Of a DNA stretch of 37,834 nucleotides, positions 12,264 to 22,373 are shown in pieces (position 1 is the stretch's first letter; every line of letters starts with the position of its first letter). Source of the DNA: Ionaspis alba (lineage: Eukaryota). A program made the position numbers and the translations under genes. Where the stretch lies: assembly GCA_964255285.1 (NCBI GenBank), contig CAXUUL010000071.1, forward strand, positions 1-37,834. Direction: 5' to 3'. The notes beneath the pieces were generated by a model that ran no database searches, was not told the origin of the DNA, and was given only the letters and a program-made list of their open reading frames with translations.

Positions 12264-13454
12264 TCACAGGTGCTTGTGGCTTAACGAAGCAGTTAGCTAT
12301 GCAATATATGGTGACAAAGCTATGGTAGACTCACAAGAACTCGAGCACAATCTTGTATCCTCGCTCATACTCTGAACGAACCCTATCATCCTTGAGATCG
12401 CCACTACAAGTCATTAGCAGGGACCGCTGTTATCAAAGCCTACTCTTACCGGGCAGCCATCCAACCCTGTGAGACATTTGTCAGTAACATATGGATGACA
12501 CGTGGATCGGATGCGCTAGCTCACATGGACCTGATCCGAGAAGGTCTCAACGTGGTGATCCGCCGTCAATCTCTGCTCGAACGCCTTGACTGCATCGGCA
12601 TCTTCGCCCTGAGACGCCAGCATACAGAGTGGAATCTTGATTTTCTTGGCGTCTTCGGGATCGACCATTGCTGGGTGGACTTCGCAGACTGCGGAAAAAG
12701 GAGTATCGGACTGGGAAGTCAAAGAGACCATCTATACTCCACGCGTCAATCTACCGTTCATGTCGATGAAAGGGGTCCTCAGGAACGGTCCGGACAGGAA
12801 AGGATTCGACAGACCTTCCCACCCCAGCACATTCCGATCGCACCCCAGTTTCTGATCGTCCCGTTACTCTTCTCCTGTATCTCTTTGACAACCTTCAATA
12901 TCCTCGGCACGTTCTTTGGAGGCGCGGCTTTGGTGGAGAAGAACTGGCCGAGCTTTTCGCCCTTTTCCTTTGTGTCTGGAGGATACCAAGAGTGGTCGGC
13001 TGGCTCTCCTTCGAAGAAATCGGGCACGAAGACTTGGTATTGGTGTTGCTTGTCATCGGCGTGCGAGATGATGTCGGCGCCCTGTATTCGTCAGGAACGG
13101 ATCTGCAGTGCGCACATAGGTATGGCAGAGGGAGAAAGCGAAGATGTACCTGGAGTGTTTGAGGGCTGAAGCCGAAGATGTCATAGACAACGAGGATGGC
13201 AGTTGTTGCTGTTGAAGGGCCAGTCTTGTCTGCAAAGAAGCTCAGTTAGTGGGCGAGTACTGGATAACGAAGTCAGGGCCGATTGGACATACACGTCTTC
13301 AAACCATCAACTTCAATGAAGCTGCCCTTCTCTTTGTAATCTGCGTCTGCTGGGGGAACCGAGCAACATGCCTAAGAAGTGTGAGCTTAATTCCGGCTGT
13401 GTAAATGACGCTAAGCGGGTGTATGTGTACTTCGCTTTGTACGTGCGGTGCCAT
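12264..13454 (-). CDS. Dienelactone hydrolase family alpha/beta hydrolase (AIM2-like), about 252 aa
   Basis: Exons on the minus strand: 13454-13431, 13371-13293, 13229-13150, 13081-12815, 12731-12525, 12466-12450, 12403-12335, 12279-12264; total 759 nt. Motifs SEACCSVPP, YDIFG, PDFF, nucleophile GMCWGG, HPAM, catalytic His in QVHGWMAARGDL, and C-terminus FFHKHL. Confidence 0.9.
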
Positions 13455-14803
13455 GGCTGATGTTTACTTGGAAGTGGTAGGAAGTGTAAGGAGATTATAG
13501 CGATTCGGAAGAATGGCTACTTAACCATAAGCAGGACTTCCGGAGAACTTTATGCTTTTTCATTTTGCTCGACGGAAGGAGGGGCTAGTATATGGACGAC
13601 GGCGCGCTTTCGGCGCTGCGAATCGGCTTGCGGATGATATTACGTCATATCTAACCCTAAGTCGGTCGGCGAAGTGTGTTTTTGGCAATACTCTGACGAG
13701 CAAGGCAAATAATCACAGTCAACCAAAGTAGCCGTAGTCGGGGCGTGATCAATCCTTTCATGGACGATTCTAATCCATGGGAATACACATAAGCATTTCA
13801 GAACTTGGTTTGAGGCAATAGGCCAAAACCAAAGATCTCATGCGATCAAGGAGATCCAACACCCTTAAGTACATCGAACCCTCCTCTGCTATAATAGCTA
13901 CTACAGTACTTCTTGGGGGATACAACGCGACTAAGCATGCGTTGCCGCTTTGTCGGAAACAGATGCCTCATCGGATGGGACCACGACGACAATGGCTTTG
14001 CAAGCAATGTAGGATTGGCGAAGCACTTACGCCTTTGTCTCAAGGCCGATGAATAAATTCACTTGCTATATGAACGATAGGAGGAAGCTACTGATGGGTA
14101 TTCTCGGAGCCTGTAATCAAAATTCTGGCCTTCCTCATAATCCTCCTTTCACAGCTTTATTTGACGAGACAGCAGTATCCAGGAACAATACTCTACACAT
14201 CCATATAGATTGCTCTCAGATCGATCCATAATATGAATTGCGCCCCTTCCATTCCTCCTGACACATACCAGCTCTTCCGGATGATGACCTGGTCCAAGTC
14301 GCCACTTCCGCTCCTCATTGCTCAAAATCATTGTAAAGATTCATTAACCTAAGGTCAGAAAGCACCATCCGGCCTGGCATTACGATGCTCAGTTTTTTGT
14401 GTGGATATCCATATGGGAATAGATTGCTGCCGGGGATGAAACTCGACGAGATCGGCTCCAAGTGCAATGTCTATGAGTGTCAAATAAAGAACGGTGTTCA
14501 ACGTAGGACTTCTGTAAGGTCAGGATAGAGTGCCGGGCACTATGCCGGTACGATTTAGAGGAGCAAGCGTGGCCGCCGAAAATTGTTCGGGAAGAACTAA
14601 TTGATGACTTCATGTAGATATTACCAAGAGGACATCACAGTATGCAATGTTAGCAGTAGCAAGAGCCAAAACTTGAATGCCTCAACGTCATTCTATGAAA
14701 TGCTCGATGAGCACAAGCGCGCATTGGAGGTATAGCCGGAGAAGGGCTTCTTCTATCCTTCTTCCGTGAAGAAAGCAAAGAAGGAAATTCAATCAGTTTG
14801 CCT

Positions 14804-16547
14804 TTACACAGTTTCGATGTACCTTCGGACCTCCCTAGCCTATCGGTCAGTATGATAAAAGTCACCTAGAGTGCTGCTACTTACCAGTCGGTCACAGCTT
14901 CGTCCCACAGACGTATTTCATGCTCCCGGGTACCTCCATAATGATCCACGAACTCGTCTCCAAACACCTTCCTCGCCACACTCTCCTTGCGCATGAAGGT
15001 AGCTGTCGCTTCTTTCAAGGACTTAGCGAGTCTCACACCCTTGTCCGATGCACCTCCCACATCCTCGCCTTTACCAAGCGGAGGAACTCTAATTTCCATC
15101 TTGTTCTCGACACCTCTCCATCCGAGAGCCAAGATGGCCGCTAGTACGAGGAACGGATTGGCATCTGCGCCTCCGACCCGAACTTCAAACCTAGTAGCTT
15201 TAGGACTTGAGGTCGGAGGTGCGATGAGGCGGATGGAAGCTGCCCGATGCTCCAAGCCCCATGATACCGTTACAGGCGCCCAGAAATTCTCGACAAGCCG
15301 CTTGTACGAATTGACCGTTGGAGCGACGATTGGCATTATGTCAGGAAGTCCGTCGAGCAGACCAGCCAGGAAGTGGCGTCCCATATCCGCGAGGTTTGCA
15401 AGATCTGGGTACTTGGCATTGTCGTCTTTGGATTCCCGATAGAAGAGGTTCTTGCCTGACTTGTCCGCGATTGAAACGTGCATATGACCTGAATTCCCTG
15501 GAAGGCCTTCTCGAGGTTTCGCCATGAAACAGGGCGTGATGCCAAACTGACTACCCACTGACTTGACAACATACCTAGGACAAGCAGGAGGATGATTAGC
15601 AGACTTGCACTGGTCCGAGTTAAAGGTTGGATCGAGGATCACCGACTTGAAAAGACTCGCTTTATCGGCCATCTGCTTGATCTCTCCAAATTCAAGCGCC
15701 TACGGCCCGAATTGATTAGGACACGTGGGGGCAAACTCAACTTGATCGTCTGATATGGTTCCTTACAGCTTCGTAAACGCCAGGTCCACTCTCCGTATGC
15801 CAGCCTTCGATACCGCACCGGAATTTTTCACAAGCATCGAATATGCCATAATAGTACTCCTTGTTATGGACAGGTCGTGTCAAGCTGTATCCGAACATGC
15901 CCTCCGTCAAGGGAGGGAGTGAGTTGACGGGATTCTCCTTCAAAAAAGTAGCCGTGGCTGAGGAGTTGCGCTCGCTCGAAGACGCGTTCGTAGTGCTTGG
16001 TGCACGAAATTGGTAGAATTCATACTCGGCTAATTCGTCGCCAAAGTGGTCAGTTCTCATGGCCCAACGAGGGTGTTGTCCCCACAAAGGTGCATCATGT
16101 AGAAGACTCACCTCCCGCCATTGCGCTCAAACCTTGCTTCTCCATCTTTTCGGCAGCGGTCTTTAGCAATCCTCTTGGACATGCACTGACAGGGTCGTTG
16201 GTCTCTGGATCGAAGAAGGAAAGGAGAAAGAAGGGAACGTCTTCTTCCCAAGGTATTCTCCGAAAGGTGCTGAGGTCGGGGATAGCAATGATGTCCCTGT
16301 ATCCATTCTCCTTGTTGCTGATCTTCAACTCCTTGAAATATGTCTGATCATGCATGTCCCAGCCAAAGATGACCGAACAGAAGCCAAAGCCCTTCTCGAC
16401 AATGCCCAAGAACTTCTTCTTCGCCATGAGCTTGCCGCGTAGGATGCCATCGACATCGATTCCCGCGACTTTGACCTTTGTGTCTTTTTCTAGGAGCTTT
16501 GGAAGTGATTCGATGGTGACATTGACAACCGCGTCTGAGGCGGGCAT
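14804..16547 (-). CDS. Glutamine synthetase-like (GSI-type) gamma-glutamyl-amine ligase, GlnA4/PuuA-like, about 490 aa
   Basis: Exons 16547-16112, 16029-15767, 15699-15647, 15574-14885, 14834-14804; total 1473 nt. Motifs DVDGILRGK, CPRGLLK, AEYEF, HTESGPGVYE, FMAKP..GNSGHMHVS, NSYKRL, RFEVRVGGADANPFL and VTDWEVRRY. Confidence 0.92.
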
Positions 16548-17531
16548 TGCGAGAGGCGCGTCGTCGTTGAGCTACTGTGTGCGAGAAGGGAGATACCCGC
16601 GAACGCCTCGTTGTCCACGAAGCAGTGGCTTACGCGCAGACTCGTGGGAGTGACTGGAGTTCTTGACTGACCTCGCCAAAGCTGCGATAGTGTTTCGGAG
16701 ATACTCGTGCAGCTCGAAGCGGGCCATGATCGGCGCTTATCGAGCCACCCCTGCTCGCAAGGCCACGGGCGGCTTGAAGGACGATCCCCCGGCGATAGAC
16801 CGCTAAGTCCTTCGGGCAGATTCCCGGCTTTTCACTCTCCCATATTCAGATTCGACGCAGGCAATATGCGCATATCCTAGCCTCACGCTCTGTCGATGGT
16901 GTCACAATGCAGCTGTTAAATGTAGGCATGTAGGTATCAATCATCTCTTGTCCGAAGTTCTCGTAACTGGCTATTGTTAGCTGTTAGCTCAATCACCGGT
17001 AGATAGTCATGGGTCGTGTTTCCGGACACGATAAGGTAATAAGAACAAGGGGGCTCCGTCTTCGCACCCAGCCTCAACGCTCCAACAGATTACTCACACT
17101 GCCAATTACGAAAGATGTTAGCTAACAAAGCTGCAACTTTTTTCATTTAAGACTTGGACAGCTTGCATCATCCTCCGTCATCTTCGCTCATCACTCATCA
17201 ACTCATCACTTCTCATCATCTTGTTCCTTTATTCCCTTCAGCATCACCTGTGCCTTCGAAGCTTTCAACAAGCAACCAAGGCGCGTCATTCCCCAATCCA
17301 CCAGCATTCGCCAGTACCCGATCCTGTTACTGCAAGGGATCGTCTTTCTTATCTCACCGCAATCCGTATTAGAAGCATACTAGGGCCCACCAGGAAAACT
17401 AACATCTCTGGTATTGACAGAATTCCACGACTTCGACAATCTCCTACATTTCATCTTTCTCTGCTCTCTGTTTCTCTCTCTTGTGTTTGCGGCTAGACAT
17501 TCTTGTTTGAGCAATCTTGCAAACGGTATCA
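16548..17531. promoter_or_regulatory. Bidirectional intergenic promoter with HGATAR (AreA/NIT2-type GATA) sites
   Basis: 984 bp between the divergent ATGs at 16547 and 17532. GATAAG cores at 16736-16741 (minus strand), 17030-17035 (plus) and 17348-17353 (minus), and AGATAG at 17001-17006. Confidence 0.5.
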
Positions 17532-18768
17532 ATGAAGATGGGTAGCTTGGGACGAATGGGTCGTTTGGAGGGTAAGAATGCCATCATCACTGGCGGTGCA
17601 GGGTGAGTGAACTTGGGCCGCTCTCTCGAGGACTTCGGTCTATGCATCATACTATTTCTTTCAAACGTCGTCACGCAATCCTGTCTATGAGGCACTGCTT
17701 TTCACTCAACTTCAGCGTTGAAGCCGATGCTTTCATTGCCAGAGTGTTCACGATTTTGTATCGACGTTGTTTCTGCATATGATGACATGCAATTCGCTGT
17801 ACTCTTCGTATTGCGTTTTGAAGCGTTCACTACTGAATATTCGTTTTTCATTTCAGTGGCATTGGCCTCGAAACAACCATTCTATTCCTTCGCGAAGGCG
17901 CATCTGTTCTTATGGCAGACATCTCTGAAATAGCTCTGGCCAAGGCGGCTGCCAAGATCAAGCAGCTGATGCCGTACCACGGCCGATTGGAGACCTTTAA
18001 ATGTGACGTCTCCAAGGAATCGGATGTCGAGGCTATGGTTCTACATCTCGACTCATGGGGTGGCGTGGATATCGTTTTCAATAATGCTGGTATTATGCAC
18101 GCCGATGATGCTGATGCTGTTGATACTCCCGAAAAGATTTGGGATTTGACCCAGAACATCAATGTCAAGGGTGTTTGGTTTGGTAGCAAGCATGCTGTGC
18201 TCAGCATGCGGAGGCACAAGAAGGACAGAGGTAGCATCATCAACACGGCCAGTGTGGTCGCACTTGTCGGTAGTGCTACTCCCCAGCTGGCCTACACGGC
18301 AAGCAAGGGTGCTGTCTTAGCCATCACTCGCGAGCTGGCAATCGTTCACGCAAGAGAGGGATTCCGCTTCAACGCCTTGTGTCCCGCGCCGCTCAAGTAA
18401 GTGCATCACCTCCGCCCCCCCTCGTGACTTCCGATCTGATCTCGTGGCACTTGCAGTACAGCGCTTCTCCAGGATTGGCTCGGAGACGATGCAGCTAAGC
18501 GTCACCGTCGCGAGATTCACTTCCCGACCGGGCGTTTCGGAGAAGCTATTGAGCAAGCTCAAGCAGTACTCTTCCTCGCGAGCGACGAGAGCAGCTTCGT
18601 CAACGGTACGGACTTTGTTGTCGATGGCGGTATGACTAAGGTAAGTTTTCACGACTCGTCCCGTGCTAAAATCCGCCATACTGACACCCTGATAAGGCAT
18701 ATGTCACACCAGAAGGCCCGTCCACTCAACCACCGCTGAATTATGCGCAGGATAAGTATCATTACTAG
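17532..18768 (+). CDS. Short-chain dehydrogenase/reductase, similar to the SDR of actinobacterial glnA4 operons, about 288 aa
   Basis: Exons 17532-17602, 17857-18396, 18457-18640, 18697-18768; total 867 nt. Motifs GRLEGKNAIITGGAGGIG, FNNAG, GSIINTAS, YTASKG, NALCPAPLNT, GRFGE and VLFLASDESSFVNGTDFVVDGGMTKAYVTPE. The start could be any of three in-frame ATGs in exon 1. Confidence 0.92.
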
Positions 18769-20234
18769 TCGATTCTGCGATGGACCTTGGCAATACGGTG
18801 CTTGGCGTTTTGTGCTTTTACGGTAGATTAGAGGCTCAATTGCCAAATCGCCATAGATGAATCATAGACTTTGCCTTTACACCACCTCTCATCGATCTTC
18901 TACAGCAGTGAGTAGGTGTGACCAAGATTTTCCCAACTGGAGCATCTGTTCAAAGCCGCCATCTCGGCTACAATATCAGTAAGCCCATCGCCAGTCGCAT
19001 ATCGGATACTGTTCGAGCACCATGATCCTAGATTTATGCCCACACTACCACAGTAATAGAAGTGGGGCTAATGACAATGCTGAGAAATCGAGACAGGCCG
19101 CAGGACACCACTCAGAGGTGTGGGATTGAAGTTACACCTTCGTATTCATTGTGCTATTAAGAACTGGTATACCGCGATGTGATCACCACTAGTCTGCACT
19201 ACGAGTCTCTTTGTTACTCTACACTTCCTTTGCATGTCTCATGGTCTTCAAGATGAGGCGGGGCTCGTCCCGGGATCAGGACTCCTACAAGCGCGGATCT
19301 CTCCTCCAGTAGGTGCCGGAGCCATCTCCAGACGCTCCAAGTTTCGACCTTCTATCGAACACGATCTCGCTGGGAGATCTTCAAGTCGGCAGACTATCTG
19401 CCGGACTTGAAGCCATCCAATCCAATGAACTACGACAGGCACGCACTGCCCCTGAGCTTGCGCCGGTCGACAATTGACACAAAGATGGAGGACATGCGAT
19501 TGGTTTACAGAACGTGAGACCGCCTTGCGGCTATATCGACTCGAGGGTTTGATAGGAGCGCGCAGTCCAAGTACTCCACACTACCAGCAGGAGTTTGGCA
19601 ATTGACGTGGGGATGGATAAGTTTTCTATCGTCGCCGCCGCAGCCGTCGAAAGGCTTTATCAAAGTTCAAGAGGAACTGAACGGAGACGAATGGCTTTGC
19701 TAACACCACTTCACAACAGGAAACAAGACAGTAGTGACACTAAGCTTCACTGGTAACGGTTTCGACGCTCTGACAGCTGAAGTCGACCTTCCCGCCTTTC
19801 CATCTCTCACGTCCATTCCGTACGATTCATTATCCGACGAACCGCGCAGATAGGATGCCAGATCCAAAATCTTGTCAGGTGGGACTTGTTCACTTGGACG
19901 ATCCATCGCAATTAGGGGAGGAAATGTGTGGTGAATTGTGAAGATGAAGGTCTGATCATAAATGCCGACGATCTTTGGAGCGAGGTAGAGAGTGTGTATA
20001 TGGCGGTTATATCGTCAATTGTTATGCAAGGTAGTGCTTAGTTTGTGTAACAACGGTACGCGCGAATAGAGGATAGATTGTTCATGGATTGGGGCTGGAT
20101 CAAGAAGGTTGTATAAGAAAAATTTACCGAGGGTTGTGGATAATGTTTTTCAAATCTATACGTCGTCAACGTCATATTTGTACAACAACATGGTATATCA
20201 ATGTACAAGATGCGAATCGGCCAAAAAAGAACAT

Positions 20235-22373
20235 TCAAAGATTGCAGATGCCCGATGACTTCAACTCCGATAGAGGACAGAAAATCTACGACAGTTAGCT
20301 AATAGCATTTAAATTCGATGGTATTGTATTTACTCTAGGTTCACCGCGTGTAATATCGACGGGGAGATTACCGGAGGCCTCCACCGTCACATTGTTGCAA
20401 GTCAAAATCTCCACCAGCGATTGGTTAGCCGCATAACCTGAGTTAGAGACAGCCAAGGTATAGTTGGCACTATTGGATCCAGAGTTCGAGAACACACTGA
20501 CAAGCTTGCCTTTGCGCAAGGCAATATTGTGATGATCCGAGTAGATTGGGGTGGACTTGTATGTCAGATAGTCGGGAGACTTGTAGATCTCTTGATTCCG
20601 AATTTGGTTGACTGAGCCGATAAAGCCATAGAGACTCGATTTTGTGGAGTAATCGCTCAGCCAAATGGCTTCCCGATTTTCTGGATCGCTACCACCGAAA
20701 TAACGTTGTTCTTGACCTTGGTAGATGATGGGGATGCCGTCCGACATAAGGGTGAAGGCAATGACATTCTTGTCAAGGGAGATATCACTGGTTGAGGATG
20801 GAAAGCGAGGTTGATCATGGTTCTCGGAAAAGGTGCCCAGAAGAGTAGAATCTTTGCATTTCGATTTGATGGCACTGATTGTCGAGCTCAGCGCGTTCAG
20901 ATCGCCAGTCGAATTCTGAAAGCCGCTGGTAAGAGCAAACCATAGCGGGTAGTTCAAAACACCGTCGAGGACATCCTGATACGGGCAAACATAAGACGGA
21001 TCGCCATCAAGGACCTCGCCCAAGGAAAAGATACCAGCCGCCTTGTTGAAACCAGGCCAGAACTCTTTCTGAACATGTTTCACGGTATCAATGCGAAGGC
21101 CGTCAATGGCAAATGTGGCTGCGAGAGATTTCACCCAGCTGTAGTATGTGTCAATTACAAATTGATTGGTCGTGTCAACATCAACTAGAGAGACGGCCCT
21201 AAGGAGAATGTCAGCGATTTGCCAATTAGTTCCAGCTCAAATTTCAGTTACCTGTCGCCTAGCCAGCACTATGCCACACGTCAATGATTGATACAGAAAG
21301 GTGATGTAGGAAGACACTCACATTCTCAACTCTAGTCTGGTTAGACGTGTAGTCCTCGGGATTGATTGGACAGTAAGGGTGAAACTCCGAGGATTTATTG
21401 AACGGATAGAAAGTCGAATAATCGACTGTAGTAGCATCTCCTGCCCATCCAAAATGATTGACCACAATATCGACCATCAGTAACATATCCCTAGAATGGA
21501 GAGCGGTCGACAGCGCCTGTAGGTCGGCAGCTATACCGAAGTTCGGATTGAGATCGTAAAGACTAGTTTGCCAATATCCGTGATAGCTAAATCCGTCACT
21601 TGTGTTTTGGGGGAGGTTCAAGGTGACAGGTGAAATCCAGATGGCCGTGAAGCCCATGTTCTGGATGTAGTCGAGGTTGTTGATAATGCCTTGCCAGCCA
21701 CCCCCACAGTATGTTCTAGACTTTGGATCACAAGGTGCAGTCGAGGATTTATCAGAACGTCCAAATCGATCAGTCAAAATCTGGTATATAGCCTTGCTTC
21801 TCCATTGCGCGGGTGTAGCACTGGATTTGACCAGCGACGTTGAAGCATTGAAAGGAGTTCCGGTGTGGCTTGGCGACGATGTCTGCATTGCTGAAGGAGC
21901 GGGCGGCGCTGGGGAGGTGCTGGTTTGTGCTGCTGCACTACACGATAAATCAAGTCGGCGTGACTTCAATATTGGCAGGGTGGCTTCCTCCACATACTCT
22001 ACCTGATGTCTTCTGGTTGCTCCAATACCACCACCAACCGCAACAGCGATGATAACGGCGAGAACGACGAGACCAATCAATAGCCAACGTCTTCGGCTCC
22101 ATGCTCGTCTATCACGGACTTGACCATGTACCTGCTTCTCTTCCCCGTAACGGGACTGGTTCTCAGCCTTCTCGAGTCCAGGGGACTCAACCTCATCGTT
22201 GGCTGGTGGAAGTTTGCGGTCGTAAGGGTGATCGCTCGTAGGAGCAACTTCCAGACCATTCGAAACGTAGAATTCTGGAGCCTGACTCGATCTAGGCTTT
22301 TGAAAGTCTCAGCACCGCCTTGATCAGGAAGGAAGCAGCTTCTTACAGTGGAGGGCAGCGATTTTTCCGCCAT
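20235..22373 (-). CDS. GH13 (subfamily 1-type) alpha-amylase with N-terminal cytosolic tail, TM anchor and Ser/Thr/Pro stem, about 624 aa
   Basis: Exons 22373-22347, 22296-21998, 21937-21322, 21268-21252, 21198-20334, 20285-20235; total 1875 nt (the first two junctions are less certain). Taka-amylase-like motifs [28 protein letters not shown] and DIVVNH; intact catalytic triad in [16 protein letters not shown] and FSENHD; C-terminal GIC. Confidence 0.9.

Noticed and set aside
12495..13169. 224-aa plus-strand ORF
   Set aside because: Antisense shadow of the dienelactone hydrolase exons. The same applies to 14987-15442, 17848-18246 and 28937-29500.
13500..14790. Short ORFs between DLH and the GS-like gene, checked for a missing pathway gene (ALDH, amidotransferase, permease)
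   Set aside because: Only 60-75 aa ORFs with no family motifs or convincing splice pattern.
14804..16547. Calling the gene fluG or gln1/glnA
   Set aside because: It lacks the FluG amidohydrolase domain, is not GSII-like, and lacks the ammonium-site residues.
17779..17836. Box C/D snoRNA call inside the SDR intron
   Set aside because: The span is short (58 nt), there is no clear terminal stem or recognisable rRNA guide, and the CTGA doubles as the branch site. Kept only as a weak note.
18800..20200. Coding-like fragments downstream of the SDR
   Set aside because: Interrupted by stops in all frames I read and not identifiable; could be a pseudogene but I cannot support it.
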